Source: Minisyncoccia bacterium
GTDB taxonomy: Bacteria; Patescibacteriota; Minisyncoccia; Phycocordibacterales; UBA9973
Assembly: GCA_965656375.1 (NCBI GenBank)
Contig: CBFHKH010000001.1
Span: forward strand, 644,291 to 708,290
Direction: 5' to 3'
DNA: 64,000 nt
Below are positions 1 through 9,267 of the stretch, in pieces; position 1 is the stretch's first letter, and each line of letters starts with the position of its first letter. Made by a program: the position numbers and the translations under genes. The notes beneath the pieces are model-generated. The model did not search any database, was not told the DNA's origin, and saw only the letters and a program-made list of their open reading frames with translations.

Positions 1-1203
1 CAAGCGATACCTTCAAGTGAGCAACCAATCGGCACTACAAATAGCCCAACTGTTCCAAATACCAATGAAGTAAAATATGTTCCGGAAGGTTCAATTGCGC
101 CAAACCAAAACATTTACAGTACAGAAGCAGGAAATACAACTAACTTCAGTAATCAAAGTACGTTAAACGGTGAGCCAAACGCAAGCAATGGCTTTACTCG
201 GGAAGTTCCAATGACAAAGACTGAGGAATATGAATACACTACTGAGTATGAAAATAAGACTGAGTACACTCCTCGAAATATTAACAATAATGAAGGGAAT
301 AAGATATATGAAGTCGGAAGCGAGAGTGGTAATCAAAGCATAGAGAATGATCCACGACATCTAGAGACAGCAAAAGATCTGCGCAAAGAGATTGGCCGCT
401 ATAACTATAAGAACAACACAGTAATCGAGAAACCGCTTGATATCAATAACAATGCACTTCAGATTAACGATCTTCCATACAAAGATGTACATAAAGCGAT
501 TGATTACAACTTTGATCAGAACAATGTAAAGTTCAAATCATACGAGATGTACGAGCGAGAGCGAGAAATGCAGTTATTGTTTGGTAAGAATTTTTATAAT
601 ACAGATACCGAGACTATCCGTGTACACTATTTCCGTTCAATGCCTGAGTGGAACATTCTAAAAAAGATTCCAGCAAAATATTTCTTTGAAGATCTTGCAA
701 CTGCAAAATCATTAAGTGGCACTACGCTTACAAATATTCCTCAAGCAGATCTCGATAAACTGGTACGTGCAGGAATAGTGACAGATCAAGTCGATGAAAT
801 CGAAGGCGTCTTAACTCATAGATATGTACTTGCAAATCAAACAGAATTACTCCGTCTCTCCGACATATATGAAAAGTCAGGTCTTTCAAATCCACGCCCA
901 CTAGATAACGAGACAATAGCAAATTACATGAACAGAGTAATGTCGAAAGTACACGAAACAGATGATGGAACACTCTTTGTCCTCAAAAATGATGTACAGA
1001 TCACAAGTAGTGCAGTAGAGAATACCGATGGCAGTGTAGTCCAGTCTGAGAGAATTCCGTCAAATACTATGAGAAGAGCGACTGTAGTTTCTCCGCGAAC
1101 CAATTCCTATCCAGGATCGTATAGCCCGAATCGTCCACTCGCAGTGAGGACCGCCGAATACTTTATGAGAAGTGCAAGTAGTCCAGTTCGGATGTTTAGA
1201 TAA
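1..1203 (+). CDS. Hypothetical protein, 5'-partial
   Basis: Frame 1 is open from base 1 through the listed 211..1203 ORF. No recognisable family. Confidence 0.75.
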   Translation, partial: QAIPSSEQPIGTTNSPTVPNTNEVKYVPEGSIAPNQNIYSTEAGNTTNFSNQSTLNGEPNASNGFTREVPMTKTEEYEYTTEYENKTEYTPRNINNNEGNKIYEVGSESGNQSIENDPRHLETAKDLRKEIGRYNYKNNTVIEKPLDINNNALQINDLPYKDVHKAIDYNFDQNNVKFKSYEMYEREREMQLLFGKNFYNTDTETIRVHYFRSMPEWNILKKIPAKYFFEDLATAKSLSGTTLTNIPQADLDKLVRAGIVTDQVDEIEGVLTHRYVLANQTELLRLSDIYEKSGLSNPRPLDNETIANYMNRVMSKVHETDDGTLFVLKNDVQITSSAVENTDGSVVQSERIPSNTMRRATVVSPRTNSYPGSYSPNRPLAVRTAEYFMRSASSPVRMFR

Positions 1204-1248
1204 GTAACATCTGTGCTATAATTATCATGTAATCCTAATATAAAGAAT

Positions 1249-1560
1249 ATGTTCGACACTACGAATAAAAATATAATAAAAATCCTCGGTATCGATGCAC
1301 TCCCTGTAGAACAGCAAAAAGAAGCAATGGAGAAACTTGGTGCTATTGTTTACCAGGAAGTGATGCTCCGCGTACTTGATATCATGAGTGATGAAGATAA
1401 AAATGCATTTGAAGCATTGATAGAAAAAAACCCTGATCCGGAAGCAATGTTCGCATATCTTGCTGAAAAAGTCCCAAATATTGATCAAATCGTTGCTGAA
1501 GAAGCAGAAAGCTTGCGGGAAGAGAGCGCCGAAATACTGGCTGATCTTGGGAAAAATTAG
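1249..1560 (+). CDS. Small acidic helical protein, DUF5663-like (CPR-typical)
   Basis: 103 aa with LGIDALPVEQQ...VPNIDQIVAEE pattern recalled from CPR DUF5663 proteins. Confidence 0.6.
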   Translation: MFDTTNKNIIKILGIDALPVEQQKEAMEKLGAIVYQEVMLRVLDIMSDEDKNAFEALIEKNPDPEAMFAYLAEKVPNIDQIVAEEAESLREESAEILADLGKN

Positions 1561-1587
1561 TTTTCAAATAATGCTATACTAGGATTC

Positions 1588-3507
1588 ATGCACTATCTCG
1601 AATCCTTAAATGACAAACAGAAAGAGGCCGTACTGTATACAGATGGGCCTCTTTTGATTGTAGCGGGGGCAGGAGCAGGAAAAACAAAGACAATCACGCA
1701 TCGCATCATCCATCTTATTCACCAGGGTGTTACACCATCATCGATCCTTGCAGTTACATTTACAAATAAAGCAGCGAAGGAGATGCGAGATCGAGTACAT
1801 GGACTCCTTGAGCATTCGATCCATGGTACCGCACCGTCGGAACTGCCATTTGTTTCAACATTTCATGCGCTCGGGGTACACATCCTAAAGGAAAATGCTC
1901 ATCTCTTAGGGCTTACAAAGCATTTCGCTATTGCCGACGAACACGATGCGCTTGTGATTATAAAAGATGCAATGAAAACGCGTGATATAGATCCAAAACA
2001 GTACGAACCTCGTAAAATAAAAAGTATTATTTCAAGATCAAAAGGAGATTTTATTACAGTCGATGCATATAGAGAGAATGCTACAAGTGCTCTTAGTAGT
2101 GTGGTCGCAGCAATTTGGCGTGACTATGAACAAGCTCTTAAAAAAGAGAAGGCTCTCGATTTTGACGATCTTCTCCTTGAGACAGTGCTGATACTAAAGA
2201 AGTATCCGGAGATACGGAAGAAATATCAAGAACGATGGAAATATATACACATTGATGAATACCAAGATACGAATGAAGTTCAGTATGAACTGACTAAATT
2301 GCTTGTTGGTATAAACGAGAATATTTGTGTCGTCGGAGATACTGATCAAAATATCTACAGTTGGCGAGGGGCAAACATTAAAAATATGCTTCATTTTGAG
2401 AAAGATTATCCAAATACAAAAGTCATACTTCTTGAACAAAACTATCGTTCCACAAAAAATATTATCGAAGCCGCAAATGCAATTATTGATAAGAATACCT
2501 ATCGTGTTGCAAAAACATTATTCACTGAGAATAAATTGGGTGACCACATCAGTATTTATGAAGCATACGATGAGGCGAGTGAAGCATACTTTGTAGCCGA
2601 TACCATTACTGAACTTCTTAAAGACACTGATCCGACAGATATTGCAATACTCTATCGAGCAAATTTCCAATCCCGTGTTATAGAAGAAGCTTTGCTTTCT
2701 AAACAGATTCCATATCAAGTCCTCGGAGTAAAATTCTTTGATCGAAAAGAAATTAAAGATGTGCTTTCATATATTCGAGCGGCGTATAACAAAGAATGTC
2801 TCTCTGATATAAAACGCATCATCAACACTCCGACACGCGGAATCGGGAAGGTGACACTCCTAAAGCTTTTTGCAAATCAGTTTTCTGATTTACCAAGCGC
2901 AATGCAGCTGAAAATAAATACATTCTATGCGCTGCTTGAAGAGATTCGCGAATATGCAGATGCGCACACACCATCTGAAACGATCAAATTCGTTATAAAA
3001 GAAAGCAGGCTTGAGGAAACACTCGGCCAAGGTACTAGTGATGAACAAGAACGTTTAGAAAATATGAAAGAATTGGTGACACTTGCAACAAAATATGACG
3101 CATTACCACAAGGGATAGGTATAGAAAAGCTCCTTGAAGATGCATCACTCGCAAGCGACCAGGATACGTTACTGCACAAGACTAAGGGAGTACGAATGAT
3201 GACAGTCCACGCATCAAAAGGACTCGAGTTTAAATACGTATTCATCACCGGGCTTGAACAGGATTTATTCCCTCATACACACGGAGGTACAAAATCGAGA
3301 GAAGATGCTGAAGAAGAACGTAGGCTGTTTTACGTCGCACTCACGCGCGCCGAACACAAATTATATTTATCATACGCGCAACTGCGAACCATATTCGGAA
3401 TGAGGCAAGTGAATACTCCAAGTGAATTTATTTATGACATCCCCGAACATTTAACAGAATTCACTCAAGGAGGACCTATGAGTGGAGAGACAGTGGTATA
3501 CCTATAA
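1588..3507 (+). CDS. pcrA: ATP-dependent DNA helicase UvrD/PcrA
   Basis: AGAGAGKT, VTFTNKAA, DEYQDTN, MTVHASKGLEF and EERRLFYVALTRA motifs. Confidence 0.95.
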   Translation: MHYLESLNDKQKEAVLYTDGPLLIVAGAGAGKTKTITHRIIHLIHQGVTPSSILAVTFTNKAAKEMRDRVHGLLEHSIHGTAPSELPFVSTFHALGVHILKENAHLLGLTKHFAIADEHDALVIIKDAMKTRDIDPKQYEPRKIKSIISRSKGDFITVDAYRENATSALSSVVAAIWRDYEQALKKEKALDFDDLLLETVLILKKYPEIRKKYQERWKYIHIDEYQDTNEVQYELTKLLVGINENICVVGDTDQNIYSWRGANIKNMLHFEKDYPNTKVILLEQNYRSTKNIIEAANAIIDKNTYRVAKTLFTENKLGDHISIYEAYDEASEAYFVADTITELLKDTDPTDIAILYRANFQSRVIEEALLSKQIPYQVLGVKFFDRKEIKDVLSYIRAAYNKECLSDIKRIINTPTRGIGKVTLLKLFANQFSDLPSAMQLKINTFYALLEEIREYADAHTPSETIKFVIKESRLEETLGQGTSDEQERLENMKELVTLATKYDALPQGIGIEKLLEDASLASDQDTLLHKTKGVRMMTVHASKGLEFKYVFITGLEQDLFPHTHGGTKSREDAEEERRLFYVALTRAEHKLYLSYAQLRTIFGMRQVNTPSEFIYDIPEHLTEFTQGGPMSGETVVYL

Positions 3508-3652
3508 AGATTTTTACTCCATACGCGGTAACATCCACGGACTCACTACGCATAAACGTGCTCGGTTTTTGCTTTTCTCACGCCGTCGCGTTGCGAAGAG
3601 AGTCGCTCGTAGGTATTTTCGCTCCTGGAATAATAAATGTTACTATAATAAC

Positions 3653-4456
3653 GTGATTCACAAAGCAAAAAAATCAATGGGGCAAAACTTTTTGAAATCA
3701 GAGCCCGCTTTGCGAATGATGCTTGAGGCAGGCAGTGTTACAGGTACAGATGTAATTCTCGAGATCGGCCCTGGCAAAGGAGTACTTACTGAAAGATTAC
3801 TTGCAAACGCAAAAAAAGTTATTGCTATAGAAAAAGATCGCGACCTGATAGAAATTCTCAAAGAGAAGTTTAAAGAAGAGATCGCACAAAAAAGATTAGA
3901 ACTTATCCTAGGGGATTGTCTTCTATTTGATCCAAATGATCATAATATTAAATCAGGAACATATAAACTCATCGCAAATATTCCTTACAATATTACTGGA
4001 GCAATTATAAAAAAATTCCTCGCTGAAGTTGTACAACCAAATACTATGGTGCTTTTAGTACAAAAAGAAGTTGCAGAGCGTATCGTTGCTCGAGATAATA
4101 AAGAAAGCATTCTATCACTAAGTGTAAAAGCATACGGAGATCCAAAGTACATGATGAAGGTTGGAAAACGTTTCTTTTCTCCGAGTCCAAAAGTTGATTC
4201 TGCTATTGTAGCGATCACTAACATTACAAAAGATCGATTTAGATCAAAAAAAGAGGAAGAATACTTTTTCACAATTGTAAAAGCAGGGTTTGCTCATAAG
4301 CGTAAGGTTTTACGCAAGAATTTAGAAGAAATAGCACCCAAGAGTAGGATAGACATAATGTTTGAAGCACTTACTCTAGGAGTAACTACCCGGGCTGAAG
4401 ATATTCCTATTACTCTCTGGTTTAAAATTCAGAGCTATCTATCCACACATATATAG
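3653..4456 (+). CDS. rsmA: 16S rRNA m6,2A1518/1519 dimethyltransferase RsmA/KsgA
   Basis: KKSMGQNFL, EIGPGKG, NIPYNIT and PSPKVDSA motifs. Start revised to the GTG at 3653, 6 nt after a TG-n-TACTAT box. Confidence 0.95.
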   Translation: MIHKAKKSMGQNFLKSEPALRMMLEAGSVTGTDVILEIGPGKGVLTERLLANAKKVIAIEKDRDLIEILKEKFKEEIAQKRLELILGDCLLFDPNDHNIKSGTYKLIANIPYNITGAIIKKFLAEVVQPNTMVLLVQKEVAERIVARDNKESILSLSVKAYGDPKYMMKVGKRFFSPSPKVDSAIVAITNITKDRFRSKKEEEYFFTIVKAGFAHKRKVLRKNLEEIAPKSRIDIMFEALTLGVTTRAEDIPITLWFKIQSYLSTHI

Positions 4457-4490
4457 TATATTTACCCTATACACTGTATAATGGGCATAT

Positions 4491-4892
4491 ATGAAGAAGG
4501 AATTGTTAAAAATTGCAGTCGTACTACCACTTCTTGCGATATTGCTCGTCGCATTCAATTACGTACATGCTGCTTCATCTCAAAATCCCTTCGGTGGAGT
4601 GATAATAAACACGAAAGCAACAGAGATACAGCAAAAGGAAGCTCAAAATTTCAAGTGTATCGTACCTGGACAAACGATAACCATCCGCCCAAAGGGTAGA
4701 AATTCAAGAACAACCTTCTTCATCCCCGCTGCAGTAAAACAAAGAGGTGGGTCATCACTCCGAGCTAATCAGAACATACTTGGATATTTCAGCCAATCAA
4801 TGACAACAATATCGTGCATATATCAGGGCTATCCTACACGAACAGAAACTGTAACTCTTCCCTCTATAACTCTATTTGGAACCAACAAGTAA
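4491..4892 (+). CDS. Secreted hypothetical protein
   Basis: N-terminal signal peptide (..VHA|A), two Cys. First gene of the T4SS-like cluster. Confidence 0.7.
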   Translation: MKKELLKIAVVLPLLAILLVAFNYVHAASSQNPFGGVIINTKATEIQQKEAQNFKCIVPGQTITIRPKGRNSRTTFFIPAAVKQRGGSSLRANQNILGYFSQSMTTISCIYQGYPTRTETVTLPSITLFGTNK

Positions 4893-4893
4893 C

Positions 4894-5766
4894 ATGAATA
4901 AATATCTTCCAAGCAGACAATTCGTAATTCGCGTGATTGTGATTGTAGTCCTTCTTATCCTTGCGATCAGCATATATAAGATCACGATATTTATAAAAGG
5001 AAAGCTTAGCCAAAAAAAACAAACAGAGCTTATTGTAAAAGCAGATGTTATTCAGAAAGACAGCAATGACAATGGGATACCTGATTGGGAAGAATCACTC
5101 TGGGGACTTGATCCAAAGAAAAACGGACAATCAAATAAAGAATATATCCTTACAAAGCGCGAAGCACTTGCTCGAGAAAATAATATTCCTTTAGAAAGCA
5201 ACGAATCCTTATCTGAAAACGAGACATTAGCTCGAGAATTCTTTTCTATTATCATGTCCCTTCAAGAGTCTGGTAATCTTGATGAAACATCTATGCAATC
5301 AATAGGAGATACGATAGGACAAAAGATTGTAGCAACACCAATTCCAGACATTTATACTGAAAATATGCTTTCAACCATAAAAGCAAATTCTGCAACCACG
5401 AGTAAATACTCTGATTCACTACTCTCCTTAATAAATTCTTATAAAAGTACCGATTTAGGAAAAGAACTCACATTTATAAGCGTCGGCCTTACCAATAGCG
5501 ACCCACAGGCACTCGTAGAAGCTGGGAATGTTGCTACCCTCTATCGAACATTTGGTAAAAATCTCTTAAAAATACAAGTTCCGAATACATTTATTGCAGC
5601 TCATTTATCACTTGCAAATGATTATGAAAAAGTGGCTCAGTCTATAGAAGGTATGTCTAAATTACTGATCGATCCGATAATAGGTATGAAAGCTATTGTA
5701 AACTATAAGAAATACACAGATGGAATCGTAACTGATTTTGATACACTTTCAAAGAATTTGGAATAG
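4894..5766 (+). CDS. Membrane-anchored hypothetical protein with DSNDNGIPDWEE Ca-binding-like repeat
   Basis: N-terminal TM helix and TSP3-like DxDxxGxPDWEE motif. Start revised to MNKYLPS at 4894. Confidence 0.7.
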   Translation: MNKYLPSRQFVIRVIVIVVLLILAISIYKITIFIKGKLSQKKQTELIVKADVIQKDSNDNGIPDWEESLWGLDPKKNGQSNKEYILTKREALARENNIPLESNESLSENETLAREFFSIIMSLQESGNLDETSMQSIGDTIGQKIVATPIPDIYTENMLSTIKANSATTSKYSDSLLSLINSYKSTDLGKELTFISVGLTNSDPQALVEAGNVATLYRTFGKNLLKIQVPNTFIAAHLSLANDYEKVAQSIEGMSKLLIDPIIGMKAIVNYKKYTDGIVTDFDTLSKNLE

Positions 5767-5791
5767 ATGATATACTAAAGGCATTACTCTA

Positions 5792-8260
5792 ATGAATAAA
5801 CCACTGATTCAAAAAATAACATCCTTCCTAATTATAGGCCTATTTTTGTTGCAGCTACTTTCTCCATCTTCCTTATATGCTGCACCCCTTAATTATGATA
5901 ATCCGAATAAAAGTGGAAATAACCCTTACCAACTTTCTCTCAAGGGTGTAGTTAGTAGCGGTTTACTTACATCTGTTGTCGGTTGTACTGGGATAGTTGA
6001 TAAAGTTGCCAAAGTTACAACAGATTTTGCTCAAAAACTAGCCGTAAAAAAAGCAAAGTCAAAAGCAACTAGTGCCGAAGCAAAAAGCCATCAGTCTGAT
6101 TCGGTCCCAGTCGTAGACTCTACAAGTATCAAAACCGAAGAACAAGGACACAACGACACACAAACAGATATCGAAAAAGATTCGTATACAGAAAATTGTT
6201 TAAAAGGTATTGCTATAACACTTGCCAAGAATCAGCTAACTGCAATGACAAAATACACCATGAACTGGATCACAACTGGATTCAATGGTGACCCGCTCTA
6301 CGTACGTGATGTAAATTCATATATGGACAGCCTTACGACAGATATCCTTGAGAAAGAAAATGAACTTTTCAAAGATCCAGATAACGCAGATGAATATCCA
6401 TGGGCGCGGAGTTATACACAAGGACAAGTAAATATATATAAATCTGCAAAAGACGCATACGGATCATTACGACAAGATTTAACCAATTACCTCACTCCTG
6501 GTTCGACTCCAGAGAGCTTCGCAAATGACTTTTCTCAAGGAGGATGGAATGGGTGGCTTGCGCTTACCCAGCGCCCTGAGAATAATCCACTTGGTTTTAA
6601 TATAGTAGCGACTGAAAATCTTAATAAACAAAAAAACAACGCAGTAGAAACAGCAAGAGCAGAAATACAAAGAGGCAATGGAGTTCTTGATCAGAAAAAA
6701 TGCGTTGAATATGAAAAGATAACCTTCTCAGGTGCTCGTACCTGTAATGGAGGAATTCCAGAAGATGAACTTATGCCTGGTACGACATGTATTCCTGACA
6801 AACCAAATAAAACTCCTACAAACAACGCGCCACGATGTATCAAATACGAAACTGTTACTCCAGGATCAGTTATCAAATCAAAGATCGATACATATATCAA
6901 CTCACCTGAGCGTCAGATAGAACTCGCTAATACAATTAATAGTGCACTTAATGCTCTTTTTGCTGCACTTATCACGAAATTTGAAGACCAAGGTCTATCA
7001 AGTCTTGGCTCAAAGGTCAACAATTTCTCATCACCAACAATAAGTGGCGGCTTTGGATCTAATCGTCTTTTTGATTCACTCGGAAATCCAATTTCATCGA
7101 CAAATATTTTTAATAATACAAGTAATGATGCAAGTGTTAATCAATCATTTGATATTACAAGAGATCTTGGTAATAAGTACGTCGAGGCACTCAATAGTGG
7201 TTCATGGGATGCTGATACGAATACTCCTGAGATCATTCCTGGAAAGGGTATAAAGCATCAGTATTATACTGTCTCAAAAGCAGGTGATACAAAACTTTTC
7301 CCTGGAACTCATCACTTTACTGTCGGAGAGAAAGTGTACTTTGACGGTACACTATGGAAAGTAGGAGTGCCAAAATACATTATAGGTACAAAAGGAGTCT
7401 TTCAAATACAAAAGGATTACGGAGCGTCAATCGCAAAAGCTGAAACTATTCTTCCACAAGTCATTCCTGCATTGGGTGAACTCGACTATTGTATTCCAGG
7501 TCCAAACCAAAATTGGATGATGACATCTACTGATGCGAAGGATGCATATAGTGATTATTTGAGTGGAGTAACTACCGAATATATACGTGATGTGTATGAT
7601 GAGTGTCCATTTATCGGATGTGACGGTATTCAATTTATCGGGGGATTACTCAATGGGGGACTTGATCACTCATACAATGTTATCTCTCTTCCTGATGAAA
7701 CTGAATACAAGGATTTATTCGATGATGCACGAAATCTCTGGGACAAGATCGTACAAGAAGAATTCTTCTGGATAGCTCGCAATGATATACATATGCGTTA
7801 CACATTCTCTTCAGACCATTGGGCGGTTGACCCGGCATACGTAGACAGACAAGTCGCAAAATGGACTGAGCTTTCGAAAAATGCATGGGCTGAATACATT
7901 ACAAAGGCAAAGGCTCTCTATGGTATCGGCAGCCCAATGCAAAGTGAATTTACATTTAATGGAGATTACAACACCTCCTACCTACCGATGGCTCAGGCAG
8001 GGCTTGATCTTGCAAAAGATATAGTAACAAATGCAAGCGACATCAAAGAAGCTATTGAAACGAATGAAACGAATATTGCTCAATCAAGTGCTACTGTATA
8101 TAAACTCACAACTATCAAAGACAAAGTCAACAAAATCATCCTTGCTGCACAAAAGCGTCGCAAAGATAAGAGAGATGCAGATGGATTAGGAGCTATACCC
8201 CAGATCTGTCTTGATAATGAACAAGTAACCTACATCGAAAATGGTGTACTTAAACGATAA
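5792..8260 (+). CDS. Large secreted Cys-containing hypothetical protein
   Basis: 822 aa, signal peptide, paired Cys, helical C-terminus. Confidence 0.75.
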   Translation: MNKPLIQKITSFLIIGLFLLQLLSPSSLYAAPLNYDNPNKSGNNPYQLSLKGVVSSGLLTSVVGCTGIVDKVAKVTTDFAQKLAVKKAKSKATSAEAKSHQSDSVPVVDSTSIKTEEQGHNDTQTDIEKDSYTENCLKGIAITLAKNQLTAMTKYTMNWITTGFNGDPLYVRDVNSYMDSLTTDILEKENELFKDPDNADEYPWARSYTQGQVNIYKSAKDAYGSLRQDLTNYLTPGSTPESFANDFSQGGWNGWLALTQRPENNPLGFNIVATENLNKQKNNAVETARAEIQRGNGVLDQKKCVEYEKITFSGARTCNGGIPEDELMPGTTCIPDKPNKTPTNNAPRCIKYETVTPGSVIKSKIDTYINSPERQIELANTINSALNALFAALITKFEDQGLSSLGSKVNNFSSPTISGGFGSNRLFDSLGNPISSTNIFNNTSNDASVNQSFDITRDLGNKYVEALNSGSWDADTNTPEIIPGKGIKHQYYTVSKAGDTKLFPGTHHFTVGEKVYFDGTLWKVGVPKYIIGTKGVFQIQKDYGASIAKAETILPQVIPALGELDYCIPGPNQNWMMTSTDAKDAYSDYLSGVTTEYIRDVYDECPFIGCDGIQFIGGLLNGGLDHSYNVISLPDETEYKDLFDDARNLWDKIVQEEFFWIARNDIHMRYTFSSDHWAVDPAYVDRQVAKWTELSKNAWAEYITKAKALYGIGSPMQSEFTFNGDYNTSYLPMAQAGLDLAKDIVTNASDIKEAIETNETNIAQSSATVYKLTTIKDKVNKIILAAQKRRKDKRDADGLGAIPQICLDNEQVTYIENGVLKR

Positions 8261-8264
8261 TTAT

Positions 8265-9197
8265 ATGGAACATCATCCTAGAAAAACAAAAGCATTCATC
8301 ATAACTTTCATTGCGATACTTATTCTTTTGATCGTTGGATATTTAGTATTCAGAAACACTGGTACTATCTTTGGGATAAAGAGTAGTGGGAATACGAATA
8401 AGATATTTTCTCCACTTCTTGGAACATCTAAACAAAACACAGTGGATGTGAAACCCGTAAATACAGGTGGAGATACTCCAATAAACAATACTTCGACAAC
8501 GTTACCAACAACAAACCTCTCTGTCACAGATCCGAGTGGCATAGCTCCAGGCTCAGTTTCTGCTCCGATAGGTCAAGGTGGAACAACTAATCCAAATGGC
8601 GCGCCGGTTATCACACCACCATTTAACCCGCTCCCAACACCTACAACTGACTGTGTTGATGCAAGCGGTAATCTGATTCAATGTAACAATACTCCTACGA
8701 TCACAAATCCAGAGTGTTCAGACTCTATAGATAATGATAAGGATGGGTTAAGTGACGCAGCTGATTCAAGCTGTCATACGGATTATAATGCTTCGAATAT
8801 GCTTTCGTACGACAAGAATATCAACGATGAATCTCGTTTGCAGCCAATAACTGGAGATACAGAAATATCAATGTGTCCGGATGATCCACTTGTATTTACT
8901 GAAGAAGAAAAAGTTGAACTTGCGACACTACTCCGACAATATTACTTGCTTGCACCAACACTCAAGATTGAAGACGACGTTACTCTTGTAGACTATGACA
9001 ACCAAACAAATGAAGAACTGGTCAAGCAGGCAACTTCGCTTACGAATGATTGTAATGCCCAGAAGGCATCTCCTGGATACACGGGGCCACAGGCAATCAA
9101 AGACAATCCATATTATCAAAATCCAGTGGCAAACAGCGGTGCAAAAGAGTACATACCAGGATACAGCTTGTATGAATTGATGTTCAATATCTGGTAA
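8265..9197 (+). CDS. Membrane-anchored protein with Pro/Thr-rich linker and CSDxIDNDxDGxxD metal-binding motif
   Basis: TM helix followed by ECSDSIDNDKDGLSDAADSSC. Start revised to 8265. Confidence 0.7.
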   Translation: MEHHPRKTKAFIITFIAILILLIVGYLVFRNTGTIFGIKSSGNTNKIFSPLLGTSKQNTVDVKPVNTGGDTPINNTSTTLPTTNLSVTDPSGIAPGSVSAPIGQGGTTNPNGAPVITPPFNPLPTPTTDCVDASGNLIQCNNTPTITNPECSDSIDNDKDGLSDAADSSCHTDYNASNMLSYDKNINDESRLQPITGDTEISMCPDDPLVFTEEEKVELATLLRQYYLLAPTLKIEDDVTLVDYDNQTNEELVKQATSLTNDCNAQKASPGYTGPQAIKDNPYYQNPVANSGAKEYIPGYSLYELMFNIW

Positions 9198-9267
9198 GTA
9201 GCTATTTCCTCAGGTACTGGAGAGGAAAAGTACTGGGATTTACTAGGAAAATTGGTATAATACTTGT

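Noticed and set aside
219-270. Short GACTGAG-type repeats (TEEYEYTTEYENKTEYT)
   Set aside because: Low-complexity coding repeat with no regular period.
3482-3652. 57-aa N-terminal extension of RsmA
   Set aside because: It overlaps pcrA and is non-homologous; a promoter and GTG at 3653 give the normal start.
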